The position numbers and the translations under genes were made by a program. The notes beneath the pieces are model-generated. The model did no database searches. It saw nothing but the letters and a program-made list of their open reading frames with translations, and was not told where the DNA came from. A stretch of DNA of 64,000 nt from Fimbriosthenelais zetlandica (lineage: Eukaryota). Each line of letters starts with the position of its first letter. Position 1 is the first letter of the stretch. Of the stretch, positions 10,331 through 23,983 are shown one piece after another. The DNA lies in NCBI GenBank assembly GCA_977030845.1, contig OZ365112.1:12400001-12464000 (forward strand). Direction: 5' to 3'.

Positions 10331-13300
10331 CCTATTCTATTTCTTTTAGTCACAGATTCTTTGAAGCCTTTTCTGATCGGTTGAAATGATTAGACCGCAA
10401 GTTCGTTATGCATCATGGCTGTTCATATCGGAGATGGGTGAAATGCCAGGGTCGGATCACTAGGTTAAAATGCCTGGGCGTAGGAGCTCAGACTTCACTC
10501 ATCAGTATTTAATTTACCGACCGGTCAGATGTCTCTACTAATGTGTAGAAAATAAATACAATCTGAGGTCCTCTTCACGTCTCACATATACTGTGTTTAA
10601 TGTAGAATTGCATTACAAGAGCATAAAGAGCATAGAATTTGAGGTAAGCTTCAATTTGGGACTGATCGTGATGCCCACTTCGGGCTTCAGTCAGCGATGA
10701 TATGAAGCCATGGGATAAGAAGATGTCATCTCCCAATTTGTTTATCGGGATTCGACAGTTGTTTTTATAAACGAAATCCAAATAATCACCAAACCTTTTC
10801 CGCTTCTGGAATATGTACATGTTCCTAGGTACTTCTTATAAAAATCAGTCAGGTTGGAGATGAGAAAAAAGGTGTGTATTGCGTCTATAATGACCTATAT
10901 TTGTGGGGATGTGTATTGCTTTGAGAATGTCTATGATGGCCATGACAGTCATGTTGACGGTTGTGTTTGTTTAGAAATGTCTGCCAGGACTGGGGGATAG
11001 TAGGTGATGACCACAACTCATATCTCACTGACTGACCGTATCAATCATGTGATTATATTCTGTACAACGGAGACCTATTCTTTGCTAGTAATATCCAGAT
11101 CTCCTTTTAGTAGTTTTACTTTTTATTGATTTTTTTTAGAAATGGTTAATTAGTCAGTAACGTTAGACACTGAAGGTGTATATAGATCTAAGCAGTTTAA
11201 GAAAATACCAATTGTAGATATGTTAATTTGTACTGAAAATTTGTCATTTTGTCTTCAAAGTATTATGAAATGTCTCGTTAAAATTTAATTGATAAAATTT
11301 AATTGACACTCAAATAAAATGTAGTAGGGTTTCATTCAGAGGGAAGCGACTTGACTGGGTTTCTAGAATTATGTCATGATATTTAATAATGGTCTGGACT
11401 AGATAGAGTATCCATCCCTATTCCAAGAACATCAGTGTGAGGCTACAATTTAACTGAATAGATACAAGTGTCCTATGGGAATTGATGCTGTTAAGGTATT
11501 TGTAACTAGTGTATAATATGCTGACATATGCTACACAAAACCACATGTATGTGAGACTTTGTCATTTTTGAAGCAACGCCTTCATTCCACCCCTGTACAG
11601 TCCTCTCCTCTCCTATCTTGGCTGGCAGCCAGGTGGCAGCAGCTTCTATGTAGGTTAGCCTTATGAAATAGGTATCAACTTCCTTAAGAGACTCACCGGC
11701 GTGTAAAGTAACACATAATATACACACGGTACACATCTCACCCCGTGACCCCCCTCCTCACACACACATGTACTACACACACTTATATAAAGGGACAGCG
11801 TCTAGATTGTATCCTGAATTTTGAGACCACAAGGAAGTCCTATAGTACTTACATGTCTCTTATTACTCGAGCATGTAAAATGTTCCCTGTCTAGATACTG
11901 AAGACATACAATTGTATGTAACTTGGAGATCTGTTGAGTACCTGTCTAAAGAAAAGTAAAGATGGTGAAAGTTGTTACACAATGTTAAACTCAGGTCGGC
12001 CAGTGCAAGTCTTCCTCATAGGGTAATACTTTGATCCGTCCTGATGACTACTATTTTCTGGCTTCTTTCCAATATTTTGTTTGTATCTTGAACTTTTTAT
12101 CCTTAATGCTGGTGATTTTAACATACCAGTGTAGACCAATTACAAATGATGAGGCATTTGTCTATATAGACCCTCTCACACTAGAACATAATTGGTTTTT
12201 GTTGTTCTGCTGGTATGTAAAATGGTATTCCTTCATATTATGATTGGATGATAATCTTTCCATGATTGACATACGCAGTGAATATTATAATAGCGAGTTA
12301 CGTACCGGTAATTCTAGTCATCTGAGATTTAATAGCTCAAATAAAAAGTGACTTTAAGCCATTTTGCAATATGGCTGTCAATGTACCCCTGTGATTGTCA
12401 CACTTTATTTGTTTTTTCATGCCATTTTTTATTCACAAAAATGATGCAACTTTAGAAGTTTAGTAATCTATTTGCAAGTCCTCAGAAATAACCACTATCA
12501 TTTCTTGAAGAGTATGGATCTGTGGATCTAAAAAATATCCAATGAAAAGCCGGATTGTTTTCCTTGACAGAAAAAAAGGGATTGAAAGTTTGAGGATGTT
12601 CATGTTGATGTATGAACGTCAACAGTGAGGGAGGTGAGGGATGACAGGATGTCTGTGCACTGTCCGGGCCGGATCCCCATCTCCAGGACTGTAGACCGCC
12701 CAGCCCATTCCTTCCTGACCTTGTCCTGCCTCTAGCCCAGACCCAGTCCCCCTCACTATGTCCTCAATACAGAAGTCAGTGCATATACAACATTCAGATC
12801 TGTGTGCCAGCCTGGTGCTTGTGTTATGATTGGTTGTTGTTTGAATGGTTGTGTTTTTGGTAGGCATCAGAGACAGTGGGAGTCCTTTGAGGGCTGTTTT
12901 CATATTGACCCAGGAGGGATGTGGTATGATAAGAAATGTGTAGTCTGTCTCTGTGTCTGTGAAGGGTGTGTGAGAAAATGCAGTGCTGATCACCATAGAG
13001 CAAGGACAAGGTGGTGTTCAGCAGGAGCAGTTGTGGATGCATCTGCTCTGCCAGCTGCTCCTCCAGCTGCTCATGTGTGGAGCAGATACTGCCCGTGCAA
13101 AGGATGTAGACAGGGCAACTGGGCTAAATATAGCACTTGCCTTGGTGGTATGTGCTCAGCCAGCTGATTGGCCTGTCGGGAGTGTTCTCCTCCTACTCCT
13201 CCTCCTGCTGCAGTTCCTTCTGCTCATCCTAGCGCCCATCTGCTCATTCGCCTCCATCTGCTCATTCTCCTCAACCAGGAGCAAGGCAAGCTGCAGTGAG

Positions 13301-15819
13301 AGAGATGGGTGTTGTATTATGGTGCACAAGGCAGTGATGGTGGTGCTGGGTGGTGGTGGTGGCGGTGGTGGTGGTGGGAGTGGTGCTGTGTTGTGGTGGG
13401 AGGCTGTAATGGTGCTGGCCTGAGCATTATAAGCAAAGCGCACCTCAGCAGCCAATGGTCTGCTCCCCCCAGTGTCAGTGTCTCTTCCTAGCCCCCAATC
13501 AACACTAGAGTCTACCTGGTCATACAAATCATGTTATATACACATTCATACCTGAGGACACGCGTGATATATGCTTACATTCATGACACTAGGAAGTATT
13601 AACTCCTAATGGTCTCAGGGAATATTTTACTTGAAGCTGGGAAGACTGATATGTCCTCAGCAGGCTGTGTGACATTGCCAGACGTGTAGTAGTAGGAGGA
13701 GGAGGAATAGGGAGGAAGAGAGAGGAGGAGGAGCAGGAGGAGGAGGAGAAGGGAGTGTTGCCAGCATGGGCTGACCGCCTGGCCCTGCCCACCGCCCGAC
13801 GGGCAATCACCCACTCTCCCTCATCACCCAGGGCTCGAGCACCGCAGGCTCAGTAAGTAGTACACGAATAGAGGGTTTGCTGAAGGCTACCACCCACTCT
13901 CACTAAATATCTCCCTTCTTCTATTATCCCAGTCTCAGCGTTTATTTCCAGCGCTGCCTGCTGCCATCTAAACCTCCACACTGAGGAAAAAATAGGCATG
14001 TGGTGCTGTAACTCTGCATCTTAAATAGCTACACTCGTAGGCGGAAGAATATCTCATCCCTGGTACTCCGTTGGGACAAAACGATCATATTTTGAACAGT
14101 ACACATTTTTGATTTTCTTTCTTGACCTCAAATTTCCTCATCCGAATTGTGTTTGAGAATGTCATGAAGAATGTTGCTTGGATAGTATTGAAAGACATGA
14201 TGGTATGTGGTACCTGTGTTTGGACAATCAATAGTGGGGAGGGGTGGGGGTGGGAGGGGGGGGAACAGTTACCCTCAAGTAACCTTGTCAGGTTTGACAT
14301 ATGATCAGCTGCTCAAAGATAATGAGTCTGTAATTGGACAGCTCAGGTGGGTTCCCTTACAGTGACCTGTCAGACCTTACTCCTGGCAGTCTCTTTTATC
14401 CTTGTAATGCTTACCCTGGTGTAAAAGAAACGTTTGCCTGATCTGAGAATCTAATGAAGCGTGCCTGTAAAAAGCCACTGTAGTAGCATGAGACGATAAT
14501 CCTGTTGGCAAGCCTTGCCAAAACCTGGTTTCATCCATATTGAATGGGATGGGAGGAAGGGCCTGCTGCTTGTATACTGATATGGGTTTGACTAGCTCGG
14601 GTCACTTGGGTCAGCGGGTCATACCGGGGCGGAGAATCAATGTTCTCTCCAACCCTTTTACTGAGGGGCTATTTATATATCGATTCATGCTTTCAGTCGG
14701 TTGGAAGTGGGGACAAAAAGGTCTGAATGCTAGTCAAACGTAATTGATTTTAGGACCACTGGCTGCTTCCATACCAAAGGCAATATTGTTACAACTCAAT
14801 ATCTATATAGGCCCATTGTAGCTGCGATATTAAATGCCCTTGTGGTCCTTTGAGGTAGACATGAATTTGGCTTTGAATAATCTGGTTTAAATGTTGCTAC
14901 CACCCACATCAATTCTTGTAAATTAACATGGCAGGTAATTTTGTTTAAATATTTTTCTGATATTGTCTTATTTTTCATGAGCCCTTTCCAAGAATCGAAA
15001 TCCGATACTAGATTCAAATAACGATCATTCTGTGCTCTTCAGGTTTTTTCCTTTACCTGAGTGTCTAGCGGTAGCAGTGTTGTGAAGATGCACTGAGCTG
15101 ACTCCATGATCGATGAGATATTAGATGGGGTCTTTTGCCAGCCTCTTTTGACTTGGGTATTGATTAACAATCACCTAATAAAATATAGCCATGTGATACC
15201 ACTGAGCTCTATCCTATACCGCTACCTGCTTCACTCTTACTAGGCCACCTGCCCTGCTCCATGCGGGCCTGGGTTATAGCCTTGTTATCTTACACTCATT
15301 AGCCCCATCCATCTCCACGGTAGATTTTGTTGTCTTGGGGGGATAACAGGAAATGTAATACCACTGAAACTTAGCTGGCCGGAGACTAGCGCCGGAGTTT
15401 ATAACTTAGGAGAAATGTGCACATAATACTCAACTGCCATAGAGGAAAAATGATTTCATAAAAAAATAGAACATTACAATGCCATATTATTTCTTGGAAA
15501 GGTGAATCTTATACCTAATCGATTTTATAAATATTTAATTATAAAATTAAGATTCAAATATTTATGTAATCAAGGGTACCCTTAAGACGGGTTTTTGCAT
15601 TACAAAAATGTGTGTATAATATTAGTGAGTGTGTACTATTTTATGCCTCGTCTCTAATAATATATAAAAATTAATCCTTGATCTATTAATCTTTAAATAT
15701 TATTTTGTTCAAAACTAATGATTTATGAACAGGTCCTGGGGAAGAGATGCTAAATCCATTTATGAAATGAAAAAAGAGGATACATACTGTTAATGGTGAT
15801 AATAGTAATATAAAGCTGT

Positions 15820-15847
15820 ATGATGGGGGGCTGCTGTGCCTGGCGAG
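15820..15847 (+). CDS. Candidate alternative first coding exon of GW182/TNRC6 encoding (M)MGGCCAWR
   Basis: In-frame TAA at 15811, then ATG ATG GGG GGC TGC TGT GCC TGG CGA G|gtgagt. The strong donor is phase 1, matching the acceptors at 23984 and 26866. Confidence 0.35.
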
Positions 15848-15899
15848 GTGAGTGTGTGGGTGTATTGCTCGCTGCTATAATGAGTTGCTCTCATTCTAG

Positions 15900-15974
15900 G
15901 TGCTCGTCTCTCGGGGCGTCAAGGCGAAGAAGACCCTGGGCTGACTTGACGAGTCAGCCCATCCCAGTTTCTCA
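15900..15974 (+). other. Candidate 5' UTR exon of TNRC6 containing a perfect 10-bp hairpin
   Basis: Acceptor tctcattctag at 15899 and donor ctca|gtaagt at 15975. Stem TGGGCTGACT/AGTCAGCCCA with a TGACG loop at 15937-15961. Confidence 0.35.
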
Positions 15975-18900
15975 GTAAGTTCCTCTTATCTTTTTTGGCA
16001 AGAAATCTTAAGACAGCTGTAGCGAGGATTCAAGGCCATATTAATAATGTTCCCGGTTAATGACATTCGGAGGAAAATTTAAAAGAAATATATTTTGCGG
16101 CTCAAATTAAACTGAAAATACTCCCGAAAATCTAAAAGACATTCCGATTTTCTAAAAAGTGTCCCTAGACATAAATCAAGAATACCCGTGTGACTGGTCC
16201 TCTCTCCACTCTTCAGACAATTGTTCATATAACTGCTTCGTAGAAAGACAGGCATTTACATATACATATTGTTACAGTGTATTTCTTGTTTTGGGCCTAT
16301 GCTGCTGTGAATGTGATCTTCTTAGAACTTTCTTTTTTTAATTAATGTTACATGTCATTCTGTATATATTTAAAAGGAAAAAACTTCCATTAGTATCATG
16401 GGTGTGATAAGGGTGGATTGTCCTGATATATATTTTTGGAGATGTGAATTTATTGGATTAGTGCTTATGGTTGATTCAAAAGTCTTGAGAAACTTTCTTC
16501 ATTGGTAATTCACAGGTGTAATCTTGTGTTTACGCCAGTCATTAATTGGTGTTTTACCTTAAATCTGAGAGTATTATTAAACCCTTGTTTGAAAATCTCT
16601 AAATACAGTTATAAGATGGATAGGGATTATACACTTAGGTCAATCGTGTACAATAACCCCCTTAGTGGTAATATGACCAGTGGATAAGTCGGATTATATC
16701 CACGTGTGTATGTGTAAGGTGCTGCCGCTAATCTGCATAAATCTATAAGGTATATGATCGCCGACCGCTTATAGGGACTGGGGGGGGGGGGGGGGGGAGA
16801 GAATTTAAGGATAACCCCAAGATTGAACTGAGTTTTAAAACGGCTTAAAACATCAAGTTGTAGGGTATGTGATATATCTATATTCATAGTACCACCTGCA
16901 GTACCACCACCTGATGAAGACCCAATAAAAAGGTCTAAAGCTTGTAAATCAAGTCCCTAGCTGGTCCTTCCCTTCTACATTTTTATTATTCGTAGTATCA
17001 ATTTCAGTGATAGGATGAGTGTTTTATTGTAGGAAATGATGTACATGTTTAGTGTTGATACTTGTGAGATAAATCCGTGTATACATAGAGGTTCATATGA
17101 CGTGGTTGGTTGTTACATGGGTTCACTTCACTGATCTGATACATTATACCTGACCGTCACTTCAGTGGCATGTTCCGCATGAAGTGTGTAACTGAAAGAT
17201 AATGCTACCAGATTGATGGCACTCCCATAATAAATTTATATTTATAAATTGTTAAATTGGGCGTGCAGTTACTACTGTATTTAATATTGTTTCCATTCAT
17301 CAATTTCATTTCTGTATTCACTTGAAAAATATAATATATTTAATATTATGCCATAATATTGCTTAGATTAATATATAAATATCTATAATTGTATTAATAT
17401 TATGGCTATGCCCAAATATTATGTTTCTTTAATAATAGAGCAGCGTTGCTGCTAACAAGATTTGAGTCAGTAGAGAGATCATGGTCAGGGATATAGGACC
17501 GTGACAGAGCTGTTAACTGACGGAGCTGTAAAATTAAAACATCAAAGCAATTCACATAGACACAGCCACCATATGGGTCTGTATGGCCCTTTATCGGCTT
17601 CATAGCCCGCCCATATAGGCTAACTGCTGGATGGTGATGCAGCGTGTCTGAAGTTACATTGCTGTTAAAACTTGACACTCCCCCCTGATTATGCAATAAT
17701 TTATAATAGGGACTGTTATGTATAGGCACGCGCACTGATATATAGCATACCATTGAATGAACTTATGAAGCCCTCTGATTTCATGGGAGTTTATGGCTCA
17801 TGCTGCTAAGCTTTTTCATCTTTTAACGTCATGGTGTTAAACGTATTCTCCTTGGCAGAGTTGTGTACTTGGGTACTTTAAACTGGGGGGTTCGAGATAC
17901 CACTCATTTAGGCCCGTGAACAAGTATGTCCTGCATATTTTGTTGTTAATGTGATGTTGTAACATTAAATAAGGAAATGGGTAATATTTTTTAAATCAAA
18001 CTGGAGGTATATAAAAAAAAACGTTCAGGATTTGAGCCCAGAAAAAAACTGAGCCAAGCCAAGCCCTGTCTAGCCAGTCAAGCAGCCCCCACTGCCTCCC
18101 ACTCTGAAACCTCCCCACATACAAATTTCCTGATATAAATTATTTTGCCCCGATTCCATGTAACGACTAATGCGCAGTACACATATATGTGCATTTAGGG
18201 TGCGTTTCCTTTCCTCCACCATGGCCCACTATCGACCCCTGGCCTTGACCGTTTGTAGAGATTCATCTCCTGGATAGACAGCCTTGTTTGCTGGAATCAA
18301 ACAACCTGATCATAAGACATTACTTCCTCCAGTCCAGGAGCGGGCTTTTCTCCTGCTCAACACTGGAGGCAGGGAGGGGGAGATGGCAGTGGTTGTGTAG
18401 TGGTTCACTGTTTACATATGGATCCCTGCCCCGCCCCTTACTCACCCACCACCTCTATTTACTATGGGTGAGATATGAGAAATGTTTCATGCTTCTCCTC
18501 CAGTGTTTATGTCTCTAAATTAAAGGATAAGTGATGAGGTCTTATGTGATTAGCCTGCCCCGGCTGTAACACACAGATTTAACGATCGAGACTGGGACGC
18601 TTGGATCTAGGCCAGAGTTCTTCCATGTGGTGGTAGTGGTGGAAGAGTGGTGGCCATGGTAGTGGTGGTGTTAATAGTGGTGGCAGTGGTGGTGCTGCAG
18701 GCGGTGGTGGTGGTGGGTTGTGGTAGAGTCGGTGGTGCTGTTTCGGTATGAGAAGACCATATTGGCTGGTTTCAGAAACCAGCTCTCAATGCAATATCTC
18801 CCCAAGCAAAATATTATTTTGACTCTAGCCTGTCTGTGGATAGACTTGGATCGAGATTTGGATCTGGGAGAGATCTTAAGCGTGACCCATTCATGTTTAA

Positions 18901-21299
18901 TTTATGATACCTCCTGTGTGTTTGTATACATATGTTATGTTGTAAGTGTATCCATGTATGTTTCTTGCCACTATCTGGTCTGCACACAGCCATCATGTCC
19001 CCCCAGTGCTTGGCCTTCTGCGTCGTACAAGTGTTGAATGTATGTGGAGATGTGTGATTATCAATATGGCCTAACAGTGTCACCCAAAACTGCTGTAAAA
19101 TGCAGGGCGCCCCATAGATTGTTGTTCTTGTTTAGTACAAACGTCTTTCCATGATATATACCAACCTCCCGGCTAAGTGTGGGGTTTCCCACCCACTCCC
19201 CATTCGCCTGTCTGCTCTGGTGATATTGTTTCTAGTCCGTCAAAACATAATTTTGGGTCTTTGAACTTTAAAAAAAAATCTAAAATAGGAACATAATATT
19301 ACAAATTGACTTTTAAATTTTTTTTTAGATAATAACAAGAAAATTATATCCAGACTTTAATATTAATTTAATTAGAGAATGTGTTTTGATTGTATATATC
19401 GTGTCTGGTAAGCATTAGTCACTTGTGGTCACTTTCTCTATATTTACATCCATTTCCACATCCATGTATATGCCTGAAGGCTTTCAGATGGCCAGCTGTC
19501 CCCACTCATGTATGGACACACCGGTAGAGGAGTGATGAAATAGAGGTCACACTGTGGTTATCTCTTATTCCAGTTCACCTGTACCTATAACTTACCTTGC
19601 TTCCCCACGAGCACTTTTTATTCTGCCCCATATTAGTCATGAATCTTTAACATACTTTCAGGTGTATAAATTGACATATTACATACCGTCTTTAACAATA
19701 TGGATGATTTAAAAGACTGGTCTTATTAAAGATGGCCACCAATTATTTAGGTTAGTACTAAGTCGTAAACAAATATACAAAAAGTGTGGAATGTATTGCG
19801 TCCATTGGTTGACTGTAGATGAAACACATACAAGTCGGCTGCACCACTAGAGTGGTCCCCCCTCCCATCCCACCACCACTTCCACCACCCTCTCCACCGC
19901 ACCACCGACCTTCTGCACCACTCTTTGGTGTATAGTCATGATCCCGTCCCAGACGTGTACAAGACCCCTCGATCTCTTTCCCTATTTTGTTCGACAATTG
20001 GGCATTAACTTGCTAGGTCACTCCCGCTATTTCTTGTATTTAAAAAAATAATATTACTATTAAAAAAAAAAAAAAATTCTCAGAGGTTTTTAACTAAATT
20101 TGGATCCGTTAATGAAGCCCATGAATGAATCCATTGGAATTTTTTAATATTTTGTTTTATTATGCTTGCATATCATATGCGTTTATTCTGCGCGTGAAGA
20201 GATTAAATATGCATGTTTCTCCCCATCATTCAACAAGATTCATAATGCTAACCTGTTGCATGGCCCCAAGCCATTACACGCCCATCACCTACACCATGAT
20301 TCCAACATCTATATGAATGTATTCTAATAACCTGGCTCCACTGTGCTTTTAAATGATCTTAATGATTTATTTTGGTTGTATATTGTTGTAATTGGTCCTG
20401 GGGCGTGTGTCAAGTCGAGCGTCCCCCTTCTGTGTAAGACTGTCCTCTTCTTGTGTGGAGATGTAAAAACTTGTGGTCCTCTTTCTTGCCTCCCTGTCTG
20501 CATGTCTATACTCCCACTGTTGGTCTATAACTTTACTCTTTTTCTTCTGTTCCAAGCTCTCTAATACAACTCCTTCAAATCTCCTCTCATCGTGTACCTA
20601 TAGGGCGTAGATTATGGAGGTGATAGCAGAGATAGTGATATTCTAGACCTCCCTGAGAGATTATTGTTACACGGATTGATAACGGGTGGCCACATTGTGA
20701 TGCCTATAAAGAATCATCACGAGCACGAAAAACCTGAAAATATTTTTTTTTAAATGTTTAATGCATATACATACATGTGTAGGTTCATATAAAGTATTTT
20801 ATGAAGAGGAAATTTGTTTTTGCATAGATAAGAAAATTTATTGACTAGTGAGACACTGTTATATCAAAAGACTGTCAAATATATGACGTTCGATACTTTT
20901 TTTTTATGCAGTATTGAAGTATTGGGTGATGATCATTACAATTTTAATATTTCTTTATGGAATGAAATTCTTAAATGAATGGTTCATGATTGCTGTGGCC
21001 TATTCTGAAATATTTTTTTATCAAGTGAAGCCTGCCTGATACATTTTTAATTTATTAATAACGTATTCAGTCATTGATATAGGACCAACATGTATTAAAA
21101 ATAACAGCAAAAAAAACAAACGCATAATAATTATTATAGGTTAAATATTTCTGTGATGACTGTGTTGGTAGAATTTTTCAGCATTTAGACCTTGAGGTTT
21201 TTTTGTATACCAGGCATAACATTGATTTATCCCTTGATATTAATTATTTAGGCTAGTCTATGAGATAAATTTGTGATTTCCTCATAAGATCCTTTAGAA

Positions 21300-22400
21300 A
21301 TTGTGCCAGACACATCTACTCTACCTTCTTTACCTATTCGCCAGTGCATGGCAGACGCATAGCTGCGTTAGTGTCACTGTTTACTGCTCTGGCCAGACCC
21401 AGTGCTGCTTCTTCCTTTCCCTGGTTAGTGTGCCGGGGCGGGCGGCCGAGCTTTCATTTTCTCGGGTCGCCCGGGCTCTGCCTGCCGCCTACCTGGCCCG
21501 CTCCCCTGGCGGTGCTGGCCGGAGTTAAAGCCGAGACTCCACTGCTGCTATTATACTTGTGACGCTAGTGCAACAAATATATTGTTTCTGTTCCAATGAA
21601 AAATGTACCAGTGAGGACGGTCTTAGGCCTTGGTATAATTTAACCACAATTTATAAATGTTATTGAGGCACATGCACCACTTTTCTCGCGATAGTGTCGC
21701 AAGAAAAACCGCAGCAGTGGGGTCCCAGTTTAAGCAGTCACATGACCCTGCTGTGACATGCGCAGTGAGTGGACGTTGAAGCTTGGAGTTTTCTACAGTC
21801 AGTCATAATGTCGGCCGGGGATGTGGGAGGGATATTTTTACCGGACTATCTTCCACACCTCCTAGCCAATTGTAGTCATTAGATGCCTTAAAGCTTTATT
21901 TATATAGTCAGTTGTATTCAAATACTCAAGAACATTCCACGTTTTTACTGCCTCCATACCAAGACAGGGTTGTGTTACAGTGCGCTCGCACAAAATATCG
22001 ATATCAGGTAAGACGGCTTCCATGTTGTTTCTCCGTCGGAATATTTACCAAACGCCGTGGCATTTGGTTCAATGGATTTGCTACTGATTTGGTGGTTGTG
22101 GTTAGCCGAGGTGACCGAAAGGTTTCTTTGGAAGATTTGCGTCAGGAATTAGTACCAAAATGGACATTGGATGTAGAAAGGATAGAAATATTGGCGCATA
22201 AGGAAAACTCCAAACGATCGGTGTGTAGGCCAAAACGGCTGCCAAGCGCAGCCAGTCCCTCCTGCCATGTTCGTTCCAGTTTTCACTTCTGCGCCATTTT
22301 TCTGAGCTTTTTGTACGGGGAAGGAGCTACAAACCTGATTTTAGCAATATTTATGTGACAAGTATCGCGATCATTGCATCGCAATTTACGGAGTTGCATA
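21300..22400 (+). promoter_or_regulatory. CpG-rich region, likely an alternative TNRC6 promoter / non-coding first exon
   Basis: GC boxes (ggggcgggcgg near 21436), high CpG density, a strong donor cag|gtaaga at 22007/22008 and YY1-like CGCCATTTT near 22292. A non-coding exon-like segment follows at 23389-23441 (ttttcag...aag|gtgagt, stops in all frames). Confidence 0.45.
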
Positions 22401-23983
22401 GGAAATAGAGATGATTGGGACTTGAAGGTGACCTATTCAGTACATTATATATTCAATATGGCTTCCGCGAGGTGGCAACCCTGGCCATTGGGCTAGGCGC
22501 TCTCTTACATGTTTCCAACCGCATTTTCAGTTGGGAATGGCAATGCAGCCATTTACCTGAACGGGTTGATTTCTGAATAATATTAGCTTCGCCATATATT
22601 TTACAATTAGAATAATATGTCCAAGATCATAGTTTTGTCCAATTTCCATGAATGCATTGCTAACTGGTTAGGACAGTCTTGTCTTGGCCTTGGGTATGTA
22701 TTGGAGGTGTTGAAAGAGGGCTGTCACTATAGATGTTATGATGATCATGATTATAACTTAAGACAATACCACATTCTTCGTTTTAATCAATTTCATTCTC
22801 GATTATTTTTTTCTTAACTAGATTATTGATCCAAGTGATTTGTCAGTTATTTAATATAAACAAGTGGATTTCTATTAATGTTTACCTTTGGTATTGTTAA
22901 TGGTTAAACAACACTTAATCTCCACTGACGAACTGTAAAATCTGTTCTTCAAACATGACCCTCAAACACGATCACTTTCATATTTATATTTATCCCCAAA
23001 TTAAATTTATTGTCTGTGCATGTGATTCAGGTATAGAAAACAATTATGCAACGTGTTTTCATATAGTAATTCACTGATAAGGACATTTTTTCTAAATCGA
23101 GTTATGATTATAACCCGATGGCATACTTGATAAAAGTTGGCTACATACAGCCAGGTACAGAAAGTTTCGATCAACAATGTTTCACCTTCCATGGCCTCTA
23201 GTCTACCGAGTGTTTATCGGTGTGGGTGTCATTTCATGTAGGTCAACCATACAGCAATGATACCTGCAGGGTGACTGGGTGAGAAATGTATCTTAATGGC
23301 AAACACAAACTTTTATATTATTTCTATACATGTTTGACGTGTTTTTCAATTTAACACATTATTTATGTCAGTTTTATTTTATTTTCAGATAATAACTGTT
23401 GCCAAATAATCACTGCCTGTAAAGACTTACAATAACTAAAGGTGAGTGCATGGGCATTTAAATTGGAATATTAGTTTATTTCTTATTTTTAGAACAACAA
23501 ATACGATCTTAATATGATCATACAATGTAAAAGGGTATACACACTTAGTAAGTGACCGTGACTTAGAATATAATTTTAAGCATCCATGTAATGATCTTGC
23601 TTTGATATAAGATTTACTGAGTGAGGTACAGTACTAGTCATGTCGACAGTCATGATCTAGGATGCTTCATACATGTTAAGCTGTCGAGAGTAAACAAAAC
23701 CAAATTTGAAAAAAAAACTGCTTATTTATGCTGTAGCTTTCCCCCATGAGTTAGTTTGATTCAAGAGGGTTCCGTTATGTTCATTGCAGGGTTAAACCCA
23801 TGCTGAGCCATATGTTCCTCAGAAAATGACAGTGTGAGTAGTTTTCTTCAAAACTACCCTTGATTGGATGATTTACTTAACAGCAGTCTAAGCAGTGATG
23901 ATAAATATGCCAAGACTTTGGACTTAATTGGTCAGAAGAAATAGATATGTACAAGAATGCTTACCATTGTCTTTATCTTCCAG

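Noticed and set aside
12983-13423. 146-aa Leu/Gly-rich plus-strand ORF
   Set aside because: It starts at GTG, its composition follows from CTC/CTG/GGT triplet runs, and there is no splice support linking it to TNRC6.
13599-13814. Minus-strand ORF resembling a signal peptide (LLLLLLLLLLSLP)
   Set aside because: No ATG start; the poly-Leu comes from a GAG/CTC microsatellite.
17845-17900. Possible A-box/B-box pair (TGGCAGAGTTG...GGTTCGAG)
   Set aside because: No cloverleaf stems could be formed; too weak to call a tRNA or SINE.
18217-18278. Perfect Kozak CCACCATGG opening an 18-aa ORF
   Set aside because: Very short, with no splice donor and no other support.
21912-22484. 148-aa ORF and a TGGCAACCCTG hAT-like end
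   Set aside because: No matching left TIR with TSD, and the ORF has no recognisable domain; better explained as promoter sequence.
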